Part shown: positions 7,492-15,193 of the stretch, in pieces | Position numbering within the stretch: the first letter of the stretch is position 1 | Layout of the letters: every line of letters begins with the position of its first letter | Source: a virus | Lineage: Duplodnaviria; Caudoviricetes | Direction: 5' to 3' (one strand) | DNA length: 64,000 nt | IMG/VR virus record: IMGVR_UViG_3300015050_001236 | Span: 3,050 to 67,049 of that record | Notes under the pieces: generated by a model | The model's input: only the letters and a program-made list of their open reading frames with translations | What the model was told of the DNA's origin: nothing | Databases searched by the model: none | Translations under genes and position numbers: made by a program

Positions 7492-8040
7492 ATGCCCTCC
7501 TCCTACCGAGACAACCCCGACCCGGGCTTCCGAGGCTCGGCCGCCGATTACAGAGCCCGCCTCGAGCCCGCCGTGGCCGCTACCGAGCCAGCGCCAGCGC
7601 CCGCCTATCGCAGCGTTGAAGCTGAGGCCATGTTCAGCATCGCCATCTCCCTCAAGCGCATCGCGGACAGCCTCGCCCAGCTGACGTCCGCCACGCCGAC
7701 GCTGATGTCCGCGCTCGACATCAACGGCCCGGCCGCCGCGTCGGCAGCCATCAAGGCCGCCACCGCGCAGCCGCCCGACGTCAACAGCAGCACGCACTCC
7801 GCGCGCAGCGCCGGCTACGGCGGACCAGCGGAGTTTACCGGGCACGCGCCGCGGACCGACGACAACCCGTGGATCGACTGGCCCAGCGGCGAATGCCCGG
7901 TGCCCGACGGGACGCGTGTCGAGGTCCGCTGGAACGACATCCACGGGCAGCGATGCCACCAGACGATTATCGCCGATGACGTCGTTCGTTTTGCGGGTCG
8001 TAAGTCCGCCAGCAACATCCAGTACCGAGTGACCAAATGA
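7492..8040 (+). CDS. Hypothetical protein (C-terminal W..W.G.ECPVP.GT.V.V.W module)
   Basis: Start motif CGAAAGGAACC; 182 aa. Confidence 0.7.
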   Translation: MPSSYRDNPDPGFRGSAADYRARLEPAVAATEPAPAPAYRSVEAEAMFSIAISLKRIADSLAQLTSATPTLMSALDINGPAAASAAIKAATAQPPDVNSSTHSARSAGYGGPAEFTGHAPRTDDNPWIDWPSGECPVPDGTRVEVRWNDIHGQRCHQTIIADDVVRFAGRKSASNIQYRVTK

Positions 8041-8180
8041 CCCGCCTCCTCTACCGAACCCTCGCCCACCGCCACTTCGACACCGCGGCGACGATCGCCC
8101 TCTTCTTCGTCGCCCTCGCCCTGCTCGTCCTCAGCGTCGAGCACAACTGGCCGCGGCTCGTCGCCCGGCTGCTGGAGTGA
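8037..8180 (+). CDS. Small membrane protein (MTRLLYRTLAHRHFDTAATIALFFVALALLVLSVEH...)
   Basis: Translated by hand; ATGA overlap; one TM. Confidence 0.55.
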   Translation: MTRLLYRTLAHRHFDTAATIALFFVALALLVLSVEHNWPRLVARLLE

Positions 8181-8185
8181 CCGCC

Positions 8186-8569
8186 ATGGCCCGCAAGCAA
8201 GCCCACCATATCCTCGTCCCCGACGCCGACAGCGCCACCGAGCTTCGACCGTATCTCGCTGGCGATTCCGAGTTCGTCACCTGGATCGCCACCCGGCGCA
8301 CCGAGGCCCAGCGGCAGGTCGACGACCTGACCAAGGAGATCGAGGCCCTCGAAACCGACGCCAGCCGCATCCGCGCCGACGCCGACACGGCCATCGCGCG
8401 CCTCGAGGTCGACATCCAGGCGCGTCTCGCCCGCCGCGATGAGCAGCTCGACATTCTCGTGCGCGCCAACGCCGCGCTCGACATCCAGACGCCACCCAAC
8501 CGCCCGGCGCCGCGGCTCACCGAGCGCCCGGCCGACGCCCAAGCCCTCGATACCACTGGGGAGAGGTAA
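8186..8569 (+). CDS. Coiled-coil hypothetical protein
   Basis: Heptad-rich QVDDLTKEIEALETDASRIR. Confidence 0.7.
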   Translation: MARKQAHHILVPDADSATELRPYLAGDSEFVTWIATRRTEAQRQVDDLTKEIEALETDASRIRADADTAIARLEVDIQARLARRDEQLDILVRANAALDIQTPPNRPAPRLTERPADAQALDTTGER

Positions 8570-8570
8570 G

Positions 8571-8879
8571 ATGGGGGAGGTAAAGCACACGCCGGGGCCG
8601 TGGCAGCTAGTTGCGGCCGATGACTACGAAATCCATTCGGACGCGGTCCCAGAGGCGTTCCCGCACCATTGCAAGGGTGATGATTTAGGGCGGTTCGTCG
8701 CACTGATCGGCAACCGAGCCGATGACTTCGGGCGGGCCAACGCCCGCCTGATCGCCGCCGCGCCTGAGCTGCTGGAGGCACTGCGCGAACTGCTGGATCT
8801 GCACGTCGCGCACCACAACAGTATCGAACACGCAGCGGCGCGCAAGGCCATCTCCAAAGCCGAAGGACGCACCCCATGA
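8571..8879 (+). CDS. Hypothetical protein (HTPGPW...ANARLIAAAPELLEAL family)
   Basis: Very common phage motif pair. Confidence 0.8.
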   Translation: MGEVKHTPGPWQLVAADDYEIHSDAVPEAFPHHCKGDDLGRFVALIGNRADDFGRANARLIAAAPELLEALRELLDLHVAHHNSIEHAAARKAISKAEGRTP

Positions 8880-9169
8880 TTACCCCTGAAGCTCACGCCA
8901 GGATCACCAAGATCATCTGCCCGAGTTGCGGCGGCACTGGCGTTTGGGACTTGTTCCGAAGTCTCGGCGCCGTCTGCAACTGGTGCGAGGGCGCCAAGCG
9001 GCTCCCTGTCGATCGCGCTATCGACTACGCGGAGCATGTCTACACCATCGCGGTCGGCGGCTACGTTGCGGGAGACCACGACAAGTCAGACGCTGACCGG
9101 ATGAAGGCCAAGGCGGAAGCGGTCTACGCCCTCTGCCGGCAGGTCCCATCGTGGAGGGCGGCAGCATGA
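8876..9169 (+). CDS. Hypothetical protein with CxxCxGxG Zn motif
   Basis: CPSCGGTG...CNWCEG. Confidence 0.7.
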   Translation: MITPEAHARITKIICPSCGGTGVWDLFRSLGAVCNWCEGAKRLPVDRAIDYAEHVYTIAVGGYVAGDHDKSDADRMKAKAEAVYALCRQVPSWRAAA

Positions 9170-9438
9170 CCCCTGAAGCTCTATCCAAATTGAGAGATAG
9201 GTTGATGAAGCGCGCGGATGAAGACCGCAAGTGCGCCGAAAACAACGAGGCCGTGGCCGAGGCGCTGTCCGACCAGATGGCGATTTTCGAGGCCCGCACT
9301 GGCGGCCACAACGTCTACGCCGTTCGCATGGCTGTTGACCACGCGCGGCAAGCAAAGCGCGACCGGCAGTATGAAGCGGACCTCCGCGAAGTCCTCGCCC
9401 TCGTCTCCGCCCTATCCCAACCAGGTGTTCAATCATGA
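9166..9438 (+). CDS. Hypothetical protein
   Basis: ATGA coupling on both sides. Confidence 0.65.
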   Translation: MTPEALSKLRDRLMKRADEDRKCAENNEAVAEALSDQMAIFEARTGGHNVYAVRMAVDHARQAKRDRQYEADLREVLALVSALSQPGVQS

Positions 9439-9644
9439 CAGACGTTCCGACTGACGTGAAGCCCGCTCTGGACCGCTGCCACCCGAGCCACGTCACCCGC
9501 ATTTCGATGGACGCGAGCAGCTACGACGAAATCTGCGTCAACTGCGGCGCTACCGACCATATCGGGGGATGGGGCGCGCTCGCGAAGCCATGCCCGAAAC
9601 GTCCGCGCGCCCTCCAATCTCACAGCACTGGAGACGACAAATGA
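9435..9644 (+). CDS. Small Cys/His protein
   Basis: CH.SH...DEICVNCGATD...GWG.LAKPC. Confidence 0.65.
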   Translation: MTDVPTDVKPALDRCHPSHVTRISMDASSYDEICVNCGATDHIGGWGALAKPCPKRPRALQSHSTGDDK

Positions 9645-10510
9645 CCGCTCTTGACGGCCCCGATTTTGCGTTCCCTATGGAAGATGCGCCGAAGGACGGT
9701 AGCATTCTTCGACTGCTGGTGAAGTTCGACCGCAAGTCCGCAGCGGGGGCTTTCGAAGACACGGCAGAGCCGTCGTGGACAATCGGAACGAACAACAAGG
9801 CCAACACAGGCGAGGATCGATGGGATATCGTCGGCTGGTCGTGGGAGCAGGACGTATTCTGCCATGCCCACGGGGCCACGGCTATCGGCTGGCTGCCGTT
9901 CCACACTGAAAGCAGCGAACCGGCCGCCCTTCCGCCTCCCGCCGCCACCCCCTCACCCCCACCCGTTGCAGATGACGTGTCAGAAAGCGGGGAGTTTGTG
10001 CTGGTGCCGCGCGAGCCGACTGAGGCGATGATTGACGCGGCGCGCCACTTTCTCGAACCGGCAACCGAGCGAATAGGCCGAGCGGCGTGGAACGCCATGA
10101 TCGCCGCCTCCCCCTCTCCCCAGCACATAGGGGATGCTGGTGGGGTGGAAGTCACGGACGCGCTCGTGCAGCGCTTCATGGACAGCTTATTCGGCGAATA
10201 CACCGACCCCGGCAATACCGAGACATGGGTGAGCCCGAACTGGATGGAGACCAAGGCCCGCGTTCGCGCTGCCCTCTACGCCGCCCTCCCTCCTGCTCGG
10301 GTGGAGGCGGGGGACCGCGCTGCCACCATCGAAGAGTGCGCCAAGGTTGCCGATGCGCAGGCAAAGGCACAGAGCGAGTTCCAGAAATCGGCTTACGGCA
10401 GAGGGGACGATATCGGCGGGCACGGGCACTGGAAAGCGCAGTGTGAACTGCTCAGCCTTGCCGCAAAGCTTCGCGCCCTGTCCGCCCTCCAATCGGAGCA
10501 GCCGAAATGA
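9641..10510 (+). CDS. Mosaic hypothetical protein, DUF551-like N-terminus
   Basis: PMEDAPKDGS...W..GW; VLVPREPTEAMIDA; ATIEECAKVAD modules. Confidence 0.65.
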   Translation: MTALDGPDFAFPMEDAPKDGSILRLLVKFDRKSAAGAFEDTAEPSWTIGTNNKANTGEDRWDIVGWSWEQDVFCHAHGATAIGWLPFHTESSEPAALPPPAATPSPPPVADDVSESGEFVLVPREPTEAMIDAARHFLEPATERIGRAAWNAMIAASPSPQHIGDAGGVEVTDALVQRFMDSLFGEYTDPGNTETWVSPNWMETKARVRAALYAALPPARVEAGDRAATIEECAKVADAQAKAQSEFQKSAYGRGDDIGGHGHWKAQCELLSLAAKLRALSALQSEQPK

Positions 10511-10941
10511 CGCACCTCACCCAAGACGAGGCAGAACTGGTTGCGAGGCTGCGCGCCAGCGGAACGAGGGACGCCAGATGCGGCGGCGTCTATATGTCGA
10601 TCTGCGACACGGCCGCTGACGCAATCTCCCGGATAGCTGAAGAACGGGGCGCAGCACTGGCCGAAGCCGAACGAAATGGCATAGCGGCGATAGAGAACGA
10701 CGAGGCAGCTACTGCTTGGGCCGCCCGCGCCACCGCCGCAGAAGCAGCACTCTCTCAGATGAAGGAGGCGCTGAAGCCGTTTGCCAACTTGGCGACAGTG
10801 GTGCTCAGCGAGGCCCCGGCTGATGCCGAGTTCATCGTCGTCTACACGGACAGTGAGCAGAAGCAGTGGGCGATGCGGCTAGACGATCTGCGTGCCGCAT
10901 CCCGCGCCCTCGCTCAACAGCCCGACAAGGAGGGGGTATGA
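10507..10941 (+). CDS. Hypothetical protein
   Basis: LVARLR...ICDTAADAI...EALKPFA motifs; coupled overlaps. Confidence 0.7.
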   Translation: MTHLTQDEAELVARLRASGTRDARCGGVYMSICDTAADAISRIAEERGAALAEAERNGIAAIENDEAATAWAARATAAEAALSQMKEALKPFANLATVVLSEAPADAEFIVVYTDSEQKQWAMRLDDLRAASRALAQQPDKEGV

Positions 10942-11090
10942 AGCTCCGAACCAAAGTCGCGAAATGGGGCAACAGCCTCGCTCTGCACCTGACCAAGGAG
11001 ATGCTGGAGGGCGCTGGGCTCAAGCAGGGTGACCGCGTTACCATCACCCTTGAGAACGGCAGCATCGTCATTCGCAGGGCGTTGCCATGA
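10938..11090 (+). CDS. AbrB/MazE/SpoVT-family DNA-binding protein, orphan
   Basis: MKLRTKVAKWGNSLALHLTKEMLEGAGLKQGDRVTITLENGSIVIRR; AAGGAGG RBS. Confidence 0.8.
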   Translation: MKLRTKVAKWGNSLALHLTKEMLEGAGLKQGDRVTITLENGSIVIRRALP

Positions 11091-11305
11091 CCACCGACCC
11101 CTGGCAGCCCCTCCCGGACACGACCCCGCTCAGCCTCGCGCAGACCACCGACCACACCTGCAAGTGGCCGCTCGGCGAGACCACGCCCTGGACCTTCTGT
11201 GGCCAGCCCGCCACCGAGGGCAAGCCCTACTGCCCGGCGCATTGCCGCATCGCCTACCGCCCGATCGACCTGTCGATCAAGCTGCGCCCGCCGAAGGGCG
11301 CCTGA
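11087..11305 (+). CDS. gcrA: GcrA C-terminal (sigma70-interacting) domain-only protein
   Basis: CKWPLGETTPWTFCGQPATEGKPYCPAHCRIAY matches GcrA CKWPIGD...F.FCG....G.PYC..H..VAY. Confidence 0.8.
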   Translation: MTTDPWQPLPDTTPLSLAQTTDHTCKWPLGETTPWTFCGQPATEGKPYCPAHCRIAYRPIDLSIKLRPPKGA

Positions 11306-11319
11306 AAGGAACCAGAGCC

Positions 11320-11604
11320 ATGATCAAATCCGAAATTGGCGTGCTCAACGGCGTCAAGATCATCGAGAGTCTGCACGCCACTAAAACCGTGGAGGATTGG
11401 TCGCGTGTCCGGTCGCCGAGTCGAGCCGCCCGGCGACTGAAGCGCGGTTTCCGCCAGAACATCGTCAGGCGCGAAGAGCCGGCGGCGTTCCAGATCGGCA
11501 CCCAGATGATCGTACATCCGGCCATCCTTTCGGAGATCAGACGCGTCATGGCCAGCCGCATTGATGGCGAAATTATGCGCGCGATGTACGCCGGCATCCG
11601 CTGA
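11320..11604 (+). CDS. Hypothetical protein (DWSRVRSPSRA.RR motif)
   Basis: GAAAGGAACC start motif; ATG 11320. Confidence 0.7.
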   Translation: MIKSEIGVLNGVKIIESLHATKTVEDWSRVRSPSRAARRLKRGFRQNIVRREEPAAFQIGTQMIVHPAILSEIRRVMASRIDGEIMRAMYAGIR

Positions 11605-12228
11605 ATGGTCACCAGCCCCAACCGACCGCCCAAGAAGGAGCCGATCAAGCGACGGCGGAAAAACAAACGCTCCAAGAAGAAAGACCGCAAGACCGGCAAG
11701 CCGATCGCTGCCTCCACTGGCCAGCCCGACAGGAGAGGCCGCGCCGTCGCTGTCGACACGGTGCGCGTCAACGCCACGCTGCAGGGTAAGACGTTGGTCT
11801 TCGCCATCAGCGAGGACATCATGGACCGGCTGATCGAATTGCATAACCGCGTCTTCCGCGGCTACATGGTCGGCATTCCCGAGGCGCGCCGGCAGCGCAC
11901 CATGCGGATGCTCTTCGTGCGCTTCATCGACATGGGCATGCCCGCCGTGCTGATCCGCATCGAGGAGCCGACCTTCGACCCGAAGGGCCTCAAGATCTGG
12001 CGCCCTCCGCACTCCCGCCGCTGGTTCGTCCAGATCCGCGCTCGCCGCATCGGCGTGCGCGACGGCGTTGCGCCCCAGGCGCTGGAGCATATCTGGATGG
12101 ATCAGTCCGCCGCCGATCGCGGCCTGATCCTGATCTTCAACGACGCCGACATGCTGCATGTCGGCCCCAAGACCGACATCCGCAAGCTGTTCGGTCGATC
12201 CGCCGACCCGTGGGATTTGCGGGCCTGA
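11605..12228 (+). CDS. Hypothetical protein with very basic N-terminus
   Basis: KKEPIKRRRKNKRSKKKDRK; typical codon usage. Confidence 0.65.
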   Translation: MVTSPNRPPKKEPIKRRRKNKRSKKKDRKTGKPIAASTGQPDRRGRAVAVDTVRVNATLQGKTLVFAISEDIMDRLIELHNRVFRGYMVGIPEARRQRTMRMLFVRFIDMGMPAVLIRIEEPTFDPKGLKIWRPPHSRRWFVQIRARRIGVRDGVAPQALEHIWMDQSAADRGLILIFNDADMLHVGPKTDIRKLFGRSADPWDLRA

Positions 12229-12250
12229 ACCTCGAAAGGAGATTGAACCC

Positions 12251-13192
12251 ATGACCAAACTGCACGAGATGCTCGCCGTCATTGCCCGGCAACGCCACGA
12301 CACAATAACCGAAGCCCTGGACAGTCCGTATACGCTGGCGTCGCTGACCGACGCGCAGCTCGTCAAGGTCCAGGCATTCATCACGTCGTTCTACGCCGAC
12401 CCGATCACCGGGGCGCTGCCCGAGAAAGGAACCAGAACCATGCCCACCAGGAAAGAACGCCTCGCCGCGCTCGAGATCGCGCAGCAACTCAACCAGGAAC
12501 GCATCGCCGACCTGATCGTCACGGTCGGCAAGCTGACGACCGGCGTCGAGCGCCTGACCGACACGATCCTGCGGACGCAGGGCGTCGTCGACAAATGGGC
12601 CGACCACGTCATCGCCAAGGATTCGCTGCTCGCCGAGATGTCGCAGCGGGTCGACCACGCCGAGCGCAAGCTCAACGAGCTCACGACAGCCTTCGCCCTG
12701 CACAACAACGCCGTGGTCGACGGCCAGGCCATCCTCGGGCGCGAGCAGGCGGCGCTCGCCGCGCGGCTCGACAAGCTCGAGCGTCTGAGCGAACCGCAAG
12801 TACCGCAGCCGTTCGTCTGGCCGCACTGGCCCACCGGCGAATGGCGTGAAGGCGATCCGCCCCCGCAGACGACGCCCTTCCCCGCCGGCGCTGCCACGAC
12901 CGTCGACGAGGTCCTCGCTGCCGTGCCGCCCGCCGACGACGGCCCGCCACGGCGCGGCGATCGCGTTCGGCTGGAAGGGGCGCTATCGACCGGCGGCTTT
13001 TCGATCCTGAACGGGTGGTACGACGTGGTCGGGTTCAGCCGAGAGTCGCCTATCTTCCAGGTGACGTCTGACGGGCGCGCGTTGTTCTGGCTCTACAACG
13101 ACGCGGCAGGGGTCAAGGAAATCCGCCGCAGCACCGCCCAACCCCAGCGCCCGGCCATCGAGCCGGTCGACGACAAGGACATCGACGTATGA
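12251..13192 (+). CDS. Coiled-coil hypothetical protein with a second in-frame start at 12440
   Basis: Start motifs at 12233 and 12424 in the same frame with no stop between. Confidence 0.65.
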   Translation: MTKLHEMLAVIARQRHDTITEALDSPYTLASLTDAQLVKVQAFITSFYADPITGALPEKGTRTMPTRKERLAALEIAQQLNQERIADLIVTVGKLTTGVERLTDTILRTQGVVDKWADHVIAKDSLLAEMSQRVDHAERKLNELTTAFALHNNAVVDGQAILGREQAALAARLDKLERLSEPQVPQPFVWPHWPTGEWREGDPPPQTTPFPAGAATTVDEVLAAVPPADDGPPRRGDRVRLEGALSTGGFSILNGWYDVVGFSRESPIFQVTSDGRALFWLYNDAAGVKEIRRSTAQPQRPAIEPVDDKDIDV

Positions 13193-13482
13193 AGCTCTGG
13201 GGCGATATGACGGCCCTCGAGCAGGCCAAGGCCGCCGTCTACCTGGTGCGCGAGCGCGGCATGACTTACACGCAGGCGGCTGAGCAGCTGGTCGCCAGCA
13301 AGGGTGCCATCGCCGGAGCGCTTCACCGCGCCCCGGTGACGCTCAAGCGCTCGGAGGCCCAGAAGCGCCAGCAGAAGGCAGGCGACACCAAGTCGCGCTG
13401 GACCGAGAACCGCCTCACCGAGTCGTGGGCGGTCTGGCGCGAACGGCGGCGCGCCGAGCGGCAGCGGGAAATGACGGAGTGA
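13189..13482 (+). CDS. HTH protein resembling the GcrA N-terminal DNA-binding domain
   Basis: GMTYTQAAEQLVASKGAIAGALHR vs GcrA GLSASQIAKQLGGVTRNAVIGKVHR. Confidence 0.55.
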   Translation: MKLWGDMTALEQAKAAVYLVRERGMTYTQAAEQLVASKGAIAGALHRAPVTLKRSEAQKRQQKAGDTKSRWTENRLTESWAVWRERRRAERQREMTE

Positions 13483-13520
13483 AAAAACAGAAGGCCGCCC
13501 CGGGGAGAGGCGGCCTTCTG
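13482..13520 (-). terminator. Rho-independent terminator, minus strand
   Basis: 12-bp stem CAGAAGGCCGCC/GGCGGCCTTCTG followed by U6 on the minus strand. Confidence 0.85.
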
Positions 13521-13575
13521 CCGAAAGGAACCGAATCCGTTACGACTCGATGCGCCGGAGAACCACTTCCAGCAG
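13482..13575 (-). ncRNA. Candidate ~90-nt trans-acting antisense sRNA
   Basis: Own promoter and terminator; two hairpins; unpaired GUUCCUUUCGG complementary to the phage start-associated motif. Confidence 0.65.
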
Positions 13576-13579
13576 TTGC

Positions 13580-13608
13580 AATATGCTACTTCATTCAGAG
13601 CCTGTCAA
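13580..13608 (-). promoter_or_regulatory. sigma70 promoter TTGACA-N17-CATATT
   Basis: Near-consensus, 17-nt spacer; -35 overlaps the stop codon of the upstream gene. Confidence 0.75.
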
Positions 13609-14414
13609 TTGGCCCGAGCACCCGCCGCGCGCCGGCGCGGCGCTTCGGCCCGCCGCGGATTGACACCCCCGGTGATCTGGCCGCGGCGCTTGGTCACCAT
13701 GTCGAGCAGCCGCTGCTTGTCGGCGATCTCGCCCAGGTCCTTGATGAACGTCATCATATCGGGGTTCTTGCGCGGCAGGGCGTCGACCTGCTCGGTCGAG
13801 GTAGCCTCGGCGAGGAAGGTCTCGATCTCGCCCATCACCGCCTCGATCAGGTCGGCGGCCTTCTCGCCCGAGTCGTAGAGGTCGATAAAGATAGGCAGGC
13901 CGTCGGCTTCGCGCCGGGCGATGACGTTCAGGGCGGGCTCGTCCTCGGGCTCCTCGACGTACTCCTGCTCGGGTTCGTCGGTCGAACTGCGCCACTCGGG
14001 CTCGAGCGTGTCGTCGTGACCGTTCATCGGGCCGCCCTGCTGCAGATCCGGGCGGGCCGGCGCCTCGGCCGCCTGCTGCACCTGCGGCGGCAGCCGCCCG
14101 AACAGCATGAACACCAGCGCCACCTCGGCCTGCAGCCGCGCCGACAGGCTGACATGCGGTAGGCCCTGCGCGATGCGCGTCGTCAGGCCGTCGAGGCGTT
14201 CCATGGCGTCGGGCGACGGCCCGACCATGACGTCGAAATGCACGAGCACCGAGGCGTCGGGCGTTGCCACGGCGCTGACTTCCTTCAGGTAGCAGTGGTG
14301 CCCGGCCTCGCGCATGTCGGCCAGCAGGCGCTCATAGGGCGGCGCGTCGGGCGCACTGCCGATCTGCTTGAGGTAGGCGATGACGTCGGGGATGACTTGG
14401 GTCTTGACGGCCAT
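13605..14414 (-). CDS. Hypothetical protein (269 aa)
   Basis: ATG 14414 with AAGGAGG RBS; typical codon usage. Confidence 0.75.
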   Translation of the reverse strand: MAVKTQVIPDVIAYLKQIGSAPDAPPYERLLADMREAGHHCYLKEVSAVATPDASVLVHFDVMVGPSPDAMERLDGLTTRIAQGLPHVSLSARLQAEVALVFMLFGRLPPQVQQAAEAPARPDLQQGGPMNGHDDTLEPEWRSSTDEPEQEYVEEPEDEPALNVIARREADGLPIFIDLYDSGEKAADLIEAVMGEIETFLAEATSTEQVDALPRKNPDMMTFIKDLGEIADKQRLLDMVTKRRGQITGGVNPRRAEAPRRRAAGARAN

Positions 14415-14433
14415 GTCGGCTGTCCTCCTTGGG

Positions 14434-14643
14434 TTAAAGGTCTTTCCACGGGTCGAGCTTCGCGACCTTCGCTGCCTGGTCGGCATGCATCGATTCCTCG
14501 AGCTTGTTGACGAGCTTCTCGGCGGGGCCTTTCGGCACGCCGTTCTTCCGCCAGCGCCACAGCGTGACGACGCTGATGCCAAGCGACCGGGCGAACTGCT
14601 CGTGTGTCATTCGACGCCAGTGGCGCAACTCTTCCAGATCCAT
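14434..14643 (-). CDS. Cro/XRE-type HTH regulator
   Basis: LEELRHWRRMTHEQFARSLGISVVTLWRWRKNG. Confidence 0.8.
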   Translation of the reverse strand: MDLEELRHWRRMTHEQFARSLGISVVTLWRWRKNGVPKGPAEKLVNKLEESMHADQAAKVAKLDPWKDL

Positions 14644-14666
14644 GCGCCGCTGTCTAGCATGGCGAA

Positions 14667-14722
14667 TTGCACCGTGCAACGAAGGATTGCATCTTGACAT
14701 AGAAATCGACGCGGCGTATAAG
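14667..14722 (+). promoter_or_regulatory. sigma70 promoter TTGACA-N17-TATAAG (14694-14722) with upstream inverted repeat TTGCAC-C-GTGCAA (14667-14679)
   Basis: Directly visible; divergent from the HTH gene. Confidence 0.8.
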
Positions 14723-14724
14723 CA

Positions 14725-15175
14725 CCGGCATCAACTCAGGAGAAGGGACCTTTCCCGGGCGAGCTACGGCGTCCGACTAAGCCAGAGACAGACGATCGGG
14801 CCTTCTCCGCGCCGGCATGACGAGGCTGCTTCCCTCGGGCGTACATAGCACCCGCAAATCGTTTGATCCGTAGCAACAAAATTCGCTGGCGCTGCAAGAG
14901 CAACAGCAGCGAGCGGAGGGCGTGGTTGAAAGTAGGCCGCCCAGCTCAGGTTGTCTGATGGAAATACACCTTGCCGGAAAAACCACGATACCCGGCATAA
15001 ATCAGACGCTCTTCAAGAACTTCCGACGACCCGAAAGACGCGCAGAAACCAGTAACCCGCCCCCGATCTGGCAAGCGCATCGACAAGGGTCCGGAGGCCA
15101 AGGCGCCGGGAGGAACGGGCTGCACCCTTCCCTCCTCCCCCAGGTCCGGTCCACCCGGCGCTGACGTTTTCTCTT
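14725..15175 (+). ncRNA. Candidate ~450-nt structured RNA or leader
   Basis: No credible ORF; many nested stems; CCUCCUCCC motif; U-rich run after the last stem. Confidence 0.5.
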
Positions 15176-15193
15176 CGAAAGGAACCCAGAACC

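Noticed and set aside
14811-14870. GCCGGCATG...TTCCCTCGGGC resembles the start and L3 of HDV-like ribozymes
   Set aside because: No P1 partner or P1.1 GG in the required positions.
15025-15100. CGACCCGAAAGACGCGCAGAAACC loosely recalls RNase P RNA J11/12
   Set aside because: The P4 signature GAGGAAAGUCC and the 3' conserved region are absent.
14922-15164. 80-aa ORF inside the long leader
   Set aside because: Atypical codon usage, poor RBS spacing, and better explained by RNA stems; not formally excluded.
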